DNA of 64,000 nucleotides from Zootoca vivipara (GCF_963506605.1 NC_083276.1:44020001-44084000); one strand, 5' to 3'. Positions 25,267 to 37,739 are shown, counted from the stretch's first letter. The notes: generated by a model from the letters alone, not told the origin. Made by a program: numbers and translations.

Positions 25267-27013
25267 GTCAAGGACAATGAGAGCAGCTTCCACTCATTCT
25301 CTACATCAGGGCAGTGGTCCACATTTGCCCAAGAAGCAGAAGGCAAATGACTGGACAGTGTGAGAGTGGCTGGAAGAAAAGCTAGTAAAGGATATATTGT
25401 CCAAATCTGAACCCAACACTAGGTTGAAAGCCTTTACATCTTCATAATGTTGAGAACATTATATAACTTGAATCTTTGGTAAGGTACATGAAGTAGATTG
25501 GGCAATATGGACCTATTCATCTTATTTCCAATAATTCATTTCTGCTCATGCTTTCTACTCTTTGCTATTTCCTGTTAATCTGTTCTCCCATATGGCTCCC
25601 CATTTTCCCTTCTACTTGATCTTTTCTAACTCCTCCCACTTCTTTTTTTCTACTCTTCACCCCATGTCTTTTGTACATAGAGATAACTATTAACTATTAT
25701 ATGTAAACATGCTCCCTCCTCCCTTGAATGCACAGCCCTATGCAGCAACGTCTGATCAAAGAGCAGTCTCCCCTCATCCTCTACCCATTCAGTACAATTA
25801 TAAACTATTCTAGGCTGTGTTGGCTATTCTCCATCTGGTTCATAGTCCTTCTGAGAACTATCTTTGCCATCAGCTTTGGTATCTCATGCAGCAGCCAAGC
25901 TGCTAGTGAAATATAGAGCAAGCACAGCTTTTTCAGAACCCTACAAAAGTTGCTTGCAGGAATCCCTGGTAATCAGTTTCCAGGGATGATCAGGAAATTA
26001 CAAGGCTGCCATAAGCTTGCCTTCTTGTATGACTTGAGGTCTCGTTCACACATAGTACTGGTCTCTCTTGCTACTATGCACATTTATCTCCTTAAGAGTT
26101 ATGGTAGTCTGCAGGCCTACGCACCCAGGACTATCAGCTTACTTTCATATGCTAGCACCCCCACAACATTTGCCATTCCTGAGTTTTATTCCCTGCTCTT
26201 GTTTCTTAATGTAGTCATACTCTTAAGAATACTACAAATAGTACTCTATACATTTTTAACTTACCATAGATGCATACATACTCCGTTCTGTTTCATCTTG
26301 ACAATTAGGACTGGGATCCAAAGAGCCCCTTGTGGATGTTGAAGGCAACTTTATGCATGCATAGAGGATGTAGCAATTTTCCTTTCTAGCCACAACCCTT
26401 CCATTGCATTGAGTGCCAAGCTGGAGAGTCTCCAGACTTTCAGGCTAAGTGTTTTGAGGGAAGGTAATGGGCTGAGGGGAAAAGGGGGACTGAATAGCCT
26501 CAGGGCATTCAGCCTTTAAGACCCAGTTTAGAGAGGGAAAATGAACACCAGGAATTACTTGATGTTCCATGGCGCTGATTGTCATATCCTACTTACAGTT
26601 TTAATATATACAAAATACTTGAGCCGTGAGGTCTGCCATGAGAATTGCATCAATGTTCCAACTAACCTAAATAACCTTTCTAATAACATTCTTTATATCT
26701 CAAAATTGCTTCTCGTACACTTCAGAGTAAGTCACAAAGCAATAAAAGATATTTACTCAGGAAGTGTTCTGTTTAAAGATATAGGCTGTGATGCAAATCA
26801 CTATGTTCACATGTTTCCAATCCCCCTTTGCACAGTGCATGCTACCAAAGTTGGTTCTCTTTTTCTTTCTGCACAGCAGTTGCTTGTGACTACTGAGTAA
26901 CTTCTTAACAAAGTTTAGGAAACTCAGGAGGGGATTAAAAGTGATGTGAAATGGAATGGTGCATTTATAAATTAAAATTGCCAGTAATTCCCCTGCAAGT
27001 GGAAGTACTTATA

Positions 27014-27257
27014 CAGTGGTACCTCTACTTATGAATTTAATGCGTTCCGAACACACATTTGTAAGTCGAAAAAAATTGTAAGTCAAATCCCATAGGAATG
27101 CATTGGGAGAAAAAATTCGTAAGTCAAAGCAACCCTATCTAAAAATTCGTAAGTAGAAAAAAATCCTATCTAAACCGCATCCAAGATGGCGGACGGAGCT
27201 CCATTTGTAAGTAGAAAAATTTGTAAGTAGAGTTATTTGTAAGTAGAGGTACCACTA
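27014..27257. mobile_element. Tigger-like MITE
   Basis: CAGTGGTACCTCTACTT...AAGTAGAGGTACCACT; iterated ttcgtaagt motif. Confidence 0.85.
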
Positions 27258-27632
27258 CTCTGGTGAGGAGCTGTTTCACTTCTGGCACCATGAATATCAA
27301 TACAAAAGATAGATCTTTAGCAACAGAATGCTTGCTAATATCACATGGGGAATTCATTACAGAGGATTTTAGTAATTCCAGCATTGGCTGTCTTCTAACA
27401 CTATTGCGCTGTTTCATTTTTGGGACCAAGAAGTTGAGAGAGAGCGCCTTACATTAACATGAAAGTATGCAGTCACTTGAGACAGATTTATAAAAGAAGT
27501 TTCCTCCCTAAGAAGAAGCCAATTTGTGGGGAATTAGTTGTTACACAACTAATTGTATTTTGGATTATATTAGGTTATGGAGACCTGTTTGCTCATGAAA
27601 GTTACTCTTATATTCAATGATAAAATCAAGTA

Positions 27633-27881
27633 CAGTGGTACCTCAACTTACGAACGACTAGACAACCGAATTTTTCGACTTACGAATGTGGGTAATGGCT
27701 GCGCGCTTACGAATGTCTCGACATACGGGGGAAAACCGCGGCGGTTTTAGATAGGGATTTTTCGACTTACGAATTTTTCCGTTTCCAATGCATTCCTATG
27801 GGAAATCGTGTTTCCAATGGCCTTTTCGACTTACGAAGGTGCCTTCGGAACAAATTAAATTCGTAAGTCGAGGCACCACTG
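27633..27881. mobile_element. Tigger-like MITE
   Basis: TA|CAGTGGTACCTC...GAGGCACCACTG|TA; same family as 40496-40791, inverted. Confidence 0.85.
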
Positions 27882-29139
27882 TAACATACTTGCCTTTGTA
27901 TGAAAGCTGTCTCCAGAACTGCTTCTGTAACTTGGGTCTTTGGGTCTTCTCTAACGTAGGTGCAGGTATTTGGAGTTCCTTTGCTGTAGAATACATGAAA
28001 ACTGCCTCCAAGACAATGTTCATACCCACACATTCTTCTTCTCAAATTATCTTTGAATGTGACCACTACTAAAGTTTTGAACAACAAAGCAGAAGCAAAC
28101 TACAAAATGAAGTCAAATTTATACTGGTTTACCTGTTGTGGCTTTTCAAAAAAATATTCTGGGAAGGGTAGTTTGAAAACTCTGGAGGTTTTGATTTGTA
28201 GTGTAGATAGTAGATACTGCTGTTACTTAACTCTAGAAGGCCTTCCTAAGTAGTATTTAGGGTGTTTCAAGTGTTAAGCAAGCAAAGCAATCAACATGCT
28301 GTTACTGTGCTATCTGAAAGAGCAGCAATAACACTATTGTCCTTGTAGCATATTTAGGAAGCTGATAAAAAAAAGACAGGAAGAGATGTTGAGTGGTGTC
28401 TTTGTTTTCACATTTATTTATTTTTTTAGTCAGTGTAAAGTAATAGGGAAATAACTTCTCTGCTTCAAAAGAGTACTAGAGATACCACAAATGTTGTTGG
28501 TAGATAATGTGTTGCAAAATTCTTGGCTCCTTCGGCTTCTGATGAGATTTAAGTGTGCAACTTTTAAAAATCTCTGCTTGTGATATTCTGCTAAATATTC
28601 CTGATGCTCTTCTTAGTTAAATTTGTATTGTTCAAGTCCCAGACCATGTCAGATACATGCAGCAAGATGTAAGGAACCTCCTTTAACCAAAACAATCTGA
28701 GTCATGAGAGCATAATGGAACAAAAAGTTTATTTTAAAAATGTTTAACATTCAATAGTCAACATGCATATCTGGGGAAGGTTTTTAAAATGCCCAGACAA
28801 CATATCGGGAAAGCTAAGACAAGCTAGGAAGAACTGAGGAGGAATGTAAAGGTAAAGATGGAGAATGGAATTTTTTGTGTCCGGTTCAGAGGATGGGAGT
28901 AGAATGGTTTAAACTTTAAAGGAAAGAGCTGTGACGAGCTGTGACAAAATGCTGTGGGCTGTGCACTACATGAAAATTAGCCAAATTTTAACTGATGTTA
29001 TTGACCCATTAAAATTGCCTGCCACCTTGGAAGTAATATGCTAGGTATGGGTGGACATTTTCAGAGGAACCTATTGCTTCTGAGGAAGATATGACATTGT
29101 TTCTGAATTATTATCACTGTGGTCATTATTATCATTATC

Positions 29140-29485
29140 ACTGAGCCTCTTGGAAGGTCGGGGGTTCAAATCCGCATGATGGGGTGAGCTTCCATGGCTC
29201 TGTCCCAGCTTCTGCCAGCCTAGCAGTTCAAAAGCATACCAGTGCAAGTAGATAAATAGGTACTGCTGCGATGGGAAGGTAAACGGCGTTTCCGTGCGCT
29301 CTGGCACTTGTCGCAGTGTTCCGTTGTGCCAGAAGCGGTTTAGTCATGCTGGCCACATGACCAGGAAAGCTGGCTGTGGACAAACGCCGGCTCCCTCAGC
29401 CTGAAAGTAAGATGAGCACCACAACCCCATAGTCGCCTGTGACTGGACTTAACCATCCAGGGGTCCTTTACCTTACCTTTTTACC
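29140..29485 (+). mobile_element. Sauria SINE
   Basis: B-box ggttcaaatcc, core gtgcaagtagataaataggtac, (ACCTT)n tail. Confidence 0.88.
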
Positions 29486-30109
29486 TTATTGTTGAAAGTT
29501 GTGATTGTGGCAACTTTTTAGGGAGGCCATGCTTTCTCTATGGGAAGTGCTTGCTAATGTAATTTTTATAGGGTATTGTGATTTGATTCCCTCTTGGTAT
29601 TTCTCTCTTTCAAGAACTAGAGGACCCTAAATCAACAAAATTATATCTTCTGAATAAGATACTAACTGAAAAAGATAGCATTGCACAAAGGAATAGTAGT
29701 TCATTTTTTAGGATTACGGCAATAAAATTCAGCTTTAAATTGTTTAGCATTTATAATGTTTCATAAGAGGAAAAAGAGGGAGTGGGGGGGGGGGTGTTTC
29801 GTTGAAGTCTTAACAACACAGTGCTAAAAATCAAGGGGAAACCCAGGGTGTTTTAAGAGCTGAAATCACTGTTGCCAGCAAACCTCAAATTCCTAAGATA
29901 GTAAACAACTGAGGCAGAGTAACAGTAATTAATACCTGCTGACTCCAGGATGGAAGAACAAACTTCATTTTTGTTTGGGGTGGAAAATGGGAAACATCCT
30001 TTCTGCATGTGGGTAATTATGTCATTCTGCCTCTGCATATTCCATACTCTCCATTCCCTTCCAGATACACCCTTGTCGGTTAACATAGCAATTTTACCTC
30101 CTCGAGGTA

Positions 30110-30198
30110 AATCGAGGAAGACAAATATGTAACTGTTTTAAATGGTTTCAACAGAAATGAAACCATTTAAAACAGTTACATATTTGCCTTCCTCGATT
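30110..30198. repeat. 41-bp inverted repeat with a 7-nt loop
   Basis: Arms 30110-30150 and 30158-30198, one mismatch. Confidence 0.95.
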
Positions 30199-30885
30199 CT
30201 GCTGCTTGGACTAGACTAGAGCAAAACGTCTAGAGGGCTCAGAATTACAGAGGCTAAAAGTGAGGAGCAAAGAATTAGGGAGTGTTAAGATGTGGATGAG
30301 GCAGGGGCTTTATAGCCTGTCATTTTCTTTGTTTGGTCCCAGCTGCTGCACTTGGTACATGATTCCAGGACGAATGTGTTTTGCTTTGGGGTGAATGGGT
30401 TACACTTGTCATCTGTGGCTTGCTTGATTCCAGCTATTATAGTTCTCTTCCTGATCAGGTCACTGAAAATTGGGGCTGGGCTAAACTTGGTTTTTTCTCA
30501 TTCCTTCATTTCACTAATCAAGTAAAAGTGCAAAACCTCATTTAAACTTCTTACTGACCGAGGTGCCAGTTTGAATGGAAACTGCTTTTACTAAATTATA
30601 CCTTTTAAGCAATAAGCATATCTCCAATAGGGGCTATTTCATTATGGCTTTTCCCTATATATTCCAGTTATTGATTGATATTGCAATTTTAAATTGTGTG
30701 TTCCTTGTCTTGAGACCTGAGAATTGAGCTGAATGTAAATATAATAGGAACTGTGTTACCACCTCTTTAGAGCACTTGTATCATTTGACATTTATTAGAA
30801 TTTTGCTTGTAAATAATGTATTCTTTGTTACAGAGGAAATACCATTGTTTGTGTATAGTCAGAGATCAGAAAATAAGTGTTAATC

Positions 30886-30942
30886 ATGGCTGAGCTGTCG
30901 CCTGATGAAATTCAACTGAGAGCCCATCAAGTTACAGATGAG
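30886..30942 (+). CDS. SNAP23: SNAP23 coding exon 1
   Basis: atcATGG start, [19 protein letters not shown], donor gtaatt. Confidence 0.95.
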
Positions 30943-31854
30943 GTAATTACATTAGATTATTCTCTTTCTCCTGTGCTTGTGTAGTGGAAAGTAGACCTCA
31001 TATTAAGGAAAGCTATTTAGGATGCATGAAGCCCTATCATAGTAAATGAGATTTGCTGTCCAAAATGGCTTCTGTACCACTGAAGAAGAAACCTCTCTTA
31101 ATACGTCAAGCTTTTAATTTAGAAAACAAAAATACTGTTTTCAGAATATTGCTATTTGAAATGAGCAATATAACCTAGTAGGATCTATTCAGATTCAGGA
31201 ATATAACATCATGCTCAGTTACATGAAACTCTGTATATAGTGTGATTACTAAATGTCTTTATAAGTCCATATGGCTGAAAATAAATCTCTTTTTTGTTTT
31301 AGTCTTTGGAAAGCACAAGGAGAATTCTTGGCATGGCCATTGAGGTAAGGAAAAGCTTTTGCGGGAGAGAGAGATGAGGAAGAACAAATCGAAATGTTTG
31401 AGAGCAGTTCATTCCTGCAGTTCTGGCACCAGCTGTTGCTATTTTTAAAGCGTGTGGGTGCCATTATGAGGCATGTGTAGTTGATGACTATGGGTGAAAC
31501 AGCTTTGCAACTTTAAATATTTGCATTGCTGCTGTATTTAGGGTTCAAATTCAAAATTGATTAGCTGTCGGATACTTGCATCTGAATTGCTCAACTTCTG
31601 CAAGATTCTGAACATACTTTTATCACAAAAAATGGACTTCCTTGAGGTTTACATGGTACTAATGCAAATATTGTACTCTTCACTAGAAACTCTGTAGAAT
31701 GACCTGTTGTAGTCCAAACTTGTGCCCAATTCTAGCATTAGATTTTACTGGTTGTGTATCTCCTATCATTTTTTTTCTTCCTTACAGTCCCAAGATACAG
31801 GAATCAAAACTCTCACCCTGCTAGATGAACAAGGGGGTGAGTTGTGCATGTGTA

Positions 31855-31888
<34 letters not shown>

Positions 31889-33762
31889 TTAGTTCAGCTT
31901 GAATGATCTACAAAACAGCTTGACCGAATGTGCTGAAATTTTGACACAACATCACATGCAAATACGAGATTAATATAAGACAGTTTGCGTGGACAGATGT
32001 AACACGTGGGCCACGTAAAAAAACCCAAAACCCTGTGTTTCAGAACACACAACTCACCCAAAAGTGCATGCTGGGAAATAGAACGGAGAAGCAGCGTCTC
32101 CATTGGCTGCATACAATCAGTGGCATCACAAAATTCCACGGCAACCAACTGAAAACGGCCTTTTGCAGCAACAAGGCCCAGCATTGCCCAGCCGAATGAA
32201 TAGGCTGCAGCATTGCCCAGCCGGAAGAACTGACTAGGCCGCAGTGGATGAGTCCGGGGGGTGGGGTGGGGGGAGGAGTCAAAAGGGGGGCTCTGAGGGC
32301 CCATTTAACAGACTAAGCCAAAGTTGGGCCTACAGGGGAGTCTGAAGGGGGACTCTGAGGGCCAGTTTAACAGACTAAGCCACAACAACGTGTGGCAGAG
32401 CCAGCTAGTGACAGATAGATAGATGGATGGATAGATAGATAGATTCGATTCGATTAGAATGATGGTTCTTACATTGGCTTGCTCAATACGATCTTTGTTG
32501 GTTTCAGCCTGGAATACAAAACATAGCATAAGACTGCTACTAAACTAGAAAGATGAAAACAAGCTGTTTATATCATGCTGTGATTCAACGGTTTCTTCAA
32601 GAGCTGGATCAGAATAAGTTTGTTGATAATATTATGGCTTGGGTTATCTAAAGTATATTGCGTGCAGCATGCAGTGTTTTTTTTTTTTTACTTCAGTTTT
32701 GAGACCTGAGGCACATGAATATTGTGTGTTTGTTTGTTTGATTGTTTACCCGCCCTTCAACTTAAGATCCCAGGGTGGGTTGCAACATTAAAACACAACA
32801 TTAAAACCAGTTTAAAACAGATTACAATAATTAAAAATAAGGTGCGTTCTAAAACTATGCACCTCAAGTGTCAAAATCCAGGATAAATAGGTGTGTCTTC
32901 AGCACCCCCCCCCCCCGGAAGTTGTATAATGAAGGTGCCAGATGCACCTCTAGGGAGGAGGTTCCACAGCTTAGGGGCCACCACAGAGAAAGCCCTCTCT
33001 TGCTCCCCCACTCCAAACCTCTGAGGGTGAAGGAACTACCAAGAGGGGCCCCTCTGCTGAACTCAGCATCCGAGAGTGTCTGTAGGAAAGAAGGCGGTCT
33101 TTCAGATATTTGGGGCCTGAGTCCACCCAGGTGTGGATACTGGTGTGATTCACTTGCATATTATTGGTATTCAAAAAAGTTTCTCTTGCAACTCCAAAGT
33201 TACTTTTTAATGCATTTCCTCTGGTTTTTTCTTTTTTTTAAAAAAAGAAGCATTTTGAACACAAACCATTAAAGTTCTCATCTGAAGATCAAGCATATTG
33301 CAGCATTTATGTTCTCTAAAATTCCTTTTCTTTATACTTTTCTTAGAACAGTTAACCCGTATAGAAGAAGGAATGGACCAGATAAACAAAGACATGAGAG
33401 AAGCCGAGAAGAACTTGACAGAGCTCAACAAGTGTTGTGGTCTCTGTGTCTGTCCTTGCAATAGGTCAGTTAAAGGCAGGTTGATGAATTCCAAAATTCA
33501 AGGGGGAAAAATGAGGCCATTGAGAAATGCTCAGAAGATCAAGATTGGGAGTTTTTTATAAAAAAACTGGTGTGCTTTAGACTATTTCCCCAAGTTTAAG
33601 TGAAAGTTCTAAATTTTTTAGTATCCTTGAACCTGGTTATGTGTAAGGGCAAAAGAATAAAGTAACAATAAAAGCTTGGATGACCTTAGTTACCATTATT
33701 GAATACAGTGTCAGTATTGTTTTTGTTAAAATAATACCTGGTTGGTATCATTAAGGTACAGA

Positions 33763-33811
<49 letters not shown>

Positions 33812-36800
33812 TAGGTTGACTAGAAGCAAGGAATATTTGGAAATGCTTTGAGAGCTTGGCAGGCAGGAGTAAGATATACATTCTAAATACCGTACCTGTT
33901 TTCTTCTTCCTTTTGCTATCATATTCTAACTCCTTTTTCCTGGAGAGTGCTTAGCTTGTTTGAGAGCTTTTGTGATAGTTCTAAATATTCTTTTTTTGAC
34001 ATATGCACATTGGAGAGATCTATGGAATCTATTTCAGTTTACTTAAGCAGAGGAAGAGGGACAATATAACCTTCTAGTAATTTTGGGATGGTCTGGCCTT
34101 AACACAAGTAGTGAATACAGCACTCGCAGAATTAAGTTTCAGTACTAACCCCACTTACAAGGAAGTGACCCCCATTGAATTTAGTAGGACCTTCTTCTGA
34201 TTAGACGAGGATTGCAGTCTTAATCGTTTTTTCCTTCTCCCTGTGTTAGGGTTAAGCTGCTCCCCCCCCCCTAAACACAAACATAATCTCAGCTGTACTT
34301 TTGAAATAGTTTGTTTGCTAACAACTATTTATCTGTTTGCTGGTCTTACTGCTCACTCTTTTCTCATTCTCTCTCCTAACCACCCCACTTTTCCTTGCTT
34401 AATAAAATGAAGATTTAGCAGCAGAGGTTGGATTCGCTTAACTGGTCAAAGTGGACTTTAGAAAAAGGTCAATCTTATGAAGCAGCCTGTACTGTTAACC
34501 AGCTGCCTGAAGGTGATATTCTAACTGGGTGCATATATGCATGTGCATGCTGTCTTAACATGCAAGCTATTTTGTGATGGTCCGTAGTTGTGTTTGTATC
34601 TGTGCTATGTCGCTTATAGATTGTGTTTAAACTATTTGTTCTGGCCTCATAAACCTGATATCAACCTAGGATGATACTATGGGTGATATTTGGTTGTAAA
34701 TCTATTGGATTTTGTTTCAGGAAAATTGCTGGATTGTATACAATGGGGAAAATGTTGGAGGAATATTGTGAAATGATACTAAAAGCTAACAGTGGGGGTT
34801 TTCTAGTCACCGTTAGCTCACATAAAGTTCCAAAACTGCACGGGGAACCTATAGCTCTCCAGATTTTGATGGACTCCAGCTCCTATCTTGCTTGAGTGCT
34901 GACTGAGACTCATGGGAGTTGGGAGTCCAAGAACATCTGGAGGACCACAGATTCCCAATCCCTCATGTTTACTATTCCGTGAATCATTATCTTACATACA
35001 ACTTGTTAAAAACTCTAGTGATGATTTGCATTTGGTCATCCAATTCAGTAGTACCTTGTTGTGAGTCCGCCCCATTTAGCGACCATTTCTTGGAATGTCC
35101 GCAGCAAACCCGGAAGTACCGGAACAGGTTACTTCTGGTTTCGCCGTTCGCACAGAAGTGCTAAATTGTGCTTCGTGCATAGGCAGAAGCACAAAACCGC
35201 TCATGCGCAGAGCGGCGCTTTGTCGAGCGTCCGGTGCTCCGGAACAGATCCCAGACTCAAGACAAGGTGTCACTGTACTGTATTAAAATTATGAACTACT
35301 GATACTCCATTCATCTGTCCAAAAATATAATGCTGGGAGATTATACCGTACATTATTTCTTCTTAAACACGCATTGTAGTCCTATGTCTTAGACTGTAAT
35401 TTGGTTGATTTTCTTTTAACATAGCAGCCATTAGTGGCAACAATGAGGCTGACGTGTAAGAAAACAGCTCGGATACCAAAGCAGTCCAAGATTTAAATAT
35501 AACATACGAACTTTAGTAAAATAAAATTGTTGTTTTTATTTTTGTATAAGATTGCTTCCAGTGTGAAATTAAATGTCTTAAATTCACTTGCTATATGACA
35601 TTTTTGGTGCACACACAAAGCTCAGTGGAAATGTAAAGAATGTGTATATGAAAACATGAAAACACATCAGGAAGTCATCTTCCTATGGGATACATCTTCT
35701 GTGGCAAACCTGGGGCTATTACTCTGTCATGTATGAAACAGTCCTTTCTATTACTTGTTGTATTGCACATTGGGTTTGTTAAAACTTTATATCTTTGATC
35801 TAATAATGTGCGGTCTGGCTTTTTTTGTAGAACAAAGAATTTTGAGACTAGTAGAGCTTACAAGACAACTTGGGGTGATGGTATGGAGAATAATCATGTA
35901 GTGTCTAAACAACCAGGGCGTGTTGCAAACAATCAGCAACAGAATTCGGGAGGAACAACAACTGGAGGCTACATAAAACGGTAAGATACTTCTCCTGCCC
36001 ACTCCTGAATATTTATAGGACCAAATGCTTCTTTCTCTGCAATAGTAGTGGCTGCATTTTGAAAAGCTTGAGGACAAACCTTTTGACTTGGTCCACACAA
36101 TCAAATCTTTGCTTCATTAGCCAGGATATACATAAGCTCTATGCAGTTGCACACAGCTGCCATGCTCCTGATTCACTTTTCCCTTTGTGTGAGTGGAGGA
36201 AACAAGCCAAGAAGCCATAGTTAACCACAGCATCTCATTACTTTTGAAGCAGGAACTATAGTTAATGGATTCCATACAATTCAGAATATAAAGTCATGAA
36301 AGTTGACTTCTGAATCCTGGCTTGACTGGAAGCCATTAATCACCCATTTTATAACTAGAAGCTGTTATCCAGATACCATTTCTGGAATCTTTTCTACTTT
36401 GCACCAAGGGGCTATCCAGAGATTCACAGAGCTTCTGATTTGATCATTCAAACATGGCTATTCTGTGTAATTCCGAGACACTTCTAGTTGATCTATAGTG
36501 TCTCTAGGGGATTATATCACTTTCCGATTCAATTTTTCAAACAAACTTGCGTAGAAACCTCTATAGCAGAAAATACTTCTGAAAACGTGGGATGCAATAA
36601 CATTCAGGAGAAAGGAACTTGGGATTTCTCAATGTTGGCTTCCCTTGATACTTTCAACAGGGTAACAAATGATGCCAGAGAAGATGAAATGGAAGAAAAC
36701 CTAACTCAAGTTGGAAACATATTGGGGAACCTGAAAAATATGGCCGTGGAGATGGGCAACACAATTGATACACAAAACCAGCAGATAGACCAGATAAACA

Positions 36801-37739
36801 TTAAGGTAAGAAACAAAGAATTCAACTGTTGGTGTCTTAATGTTGGTAAATCTAGTGTCCAGGTGGACAAGTTAATAATTCTTCAAGGCCACAGTGCTAA
36901 GCTGTAGATACACTGTGTATTTTTGTTACATTTGTTGTTGTTTTAGTTTTCTATACACCACTTAAATATATTTTAATATATTAAGTGATAGAGAAGTGGT
37001 CTAAACAGAAACACATTGCTCTTTATTATATATGTGTGCTACATTTTTCCTAATAATTTGATTATATCACTATTACTGCCAATAAAAACTTAACTGAATA
37101 GGAAGATTTAGCTGCTTTTGGAAAACACACTGGCATAGTTTGGGTTGGACTTCCTTGAAGCAGGGTGTGCCAGATATGGAGTGTGGTCCCAAGATTGTCT
37201 TCCATCATGGTTTTGCTGTTCTTAACATACAACAGATCTTGGGGAAGGAAGTTGGCTCAGATACATAAGACCCAACTCCTTTAGGTCTTCATTGATGAAA
37301 ATGAGTGCATTGAATCTTGCTCTTCTAGAACACTTCTAGAAGCCAGCTTAAATCCTAAACTGCTGGTGTAATAGTCAGCCAGTAACCAGTTCACCCAGGG
37401 TCCAAAACATTCCTTCCAGTACTTTAAGCATATCTTCATTGGTAGGTGGTATTTGCTCTAAATTCTGAATGAGTTGCAGGAGTGAAAGGCTCTTCTGCTC
37501 AGATGGCTTCAATTACCACTTAACTACTAGTCTGTCTCTTGAATCACCGTAATACAAACAAACTTATTCTGAGCCAGCTCCTGAAGAAATGGTTTAATCA
37601 CAGCATGATATAGTTTGTTTTCATCTTTTTAGTGTAGTACGGTAGCAGTCTTATGCTATATTTTGTATTCCAGGCTGAAACCAACAAAGATCGTATTGAG
37701 CAAGCCAATGTACGAGCCAAAAAACTCATTGAAAACTAG
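30886..37739 (+). CDS. SNAP23: Synaptosomal-associated protein 23 (Qb/Qc SNARE), 208 aa
   Basis: Join 30886-30942, 31303-31344, 31788-31836, 33347-33464, 35831-35980, 36661-36805, 37674-37739 = 627 nt. [33 protein letters not shown]...CCGLCVCPC (palmitoylation cluster)...[13 protein letters not shown]...RAKKLIEN*. Confidence 0.97.
31303..31344 (+). CDS. SNAP23: SNAP23 coding exon 2
   Basis: [14 protein letters not shown]; ttttag/gtaagg. Confidence 0.95.
31788..31836 (+). CDS. SNAP23: SNAP23 coding exon 3
   Basis: [16 protein letters not shown]; ttacag/gtgagt. Confidence 0.95.
31856..32408 (+). mobile_element. Non-autonomous Helitron
   Basis: 3' hairpin GCCACA-acaacg-TGTGGC (32379-32396), then CTAG|T at 32405-32409; (TA)n-expanded 5' end (exact start uncertain); no TSD seen; internal ~36-bp duplication. 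Confidence 0.75.
32449..32624 (-). pseudogene. Inverted partial duplicate of the SNAP23 last-intron 3' end plus terminal exon
   Basis: Reverse complement aligns to ~37557-37733 and translates [22 protein letters not shown]. Confidence 0.92.
32735..33125 (-). mobile_element. L2 LINE 3' fragment
   Basis: [10 protein letters not shown]...R.L.SAEG motif; tail ttgtttacccgccctt. Confidence 0.75.
33347..33464 (+). CDS. SNAP23: SNAP23 coding exon 4
   Basis: [40 protein letters not shown]; tcttag/gtcagt. Confidence 0.96.
33766..33808. repeat. (CA)n microsatellite
   Basis: Seen directly. Confidence 0.95.
34830..34963. mobile_element. Decayed palindromic hAT MITE related to 25131-25266
   Basis: ctccagat..tggactccagctcc ... 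gggagttgggagtcca...catctggag arms. Confidence 0.6.
35046..35275. mobile_element. Tigger-like MITE (CpG-rich)
   Basis: CAGTAGTACCTTGTTGTGAGTC ... GACTCAAGACAAGGTGTCACTG|TA. Confidence 0.75.
35831..35980 (+). CDS. SNAP23: SNAP23 coding exon 5
   Basis: [17 protein letters not shown]...GGYIKR; ttgtag/gtaaga. Confidence 0.95.
36661..36805 (+). CDS. SNAP23: SNAP23 coding exon 6
   Basis: [28 protein letters not shown]...INIK; caacag/gtaaga. Confidence 0.96.
37674..37739 (+). CDS. SNAP23: SNAP23 last coding exon
   Basis: [21 protein letters not shown]; acceptor ttccag. Confidence 0.95.
   Translation, partial: AETNKDRIEQANVRAKKLIEN

Noticed and set aside
32305-32529. ORF with a SNAP23-like peptide as a separate antisense gene
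   Set aside because: It is an inverted fragment whose start lies in copied intron sequence and which runs into a microsatellite and the Helitron; no upstream exons seen.
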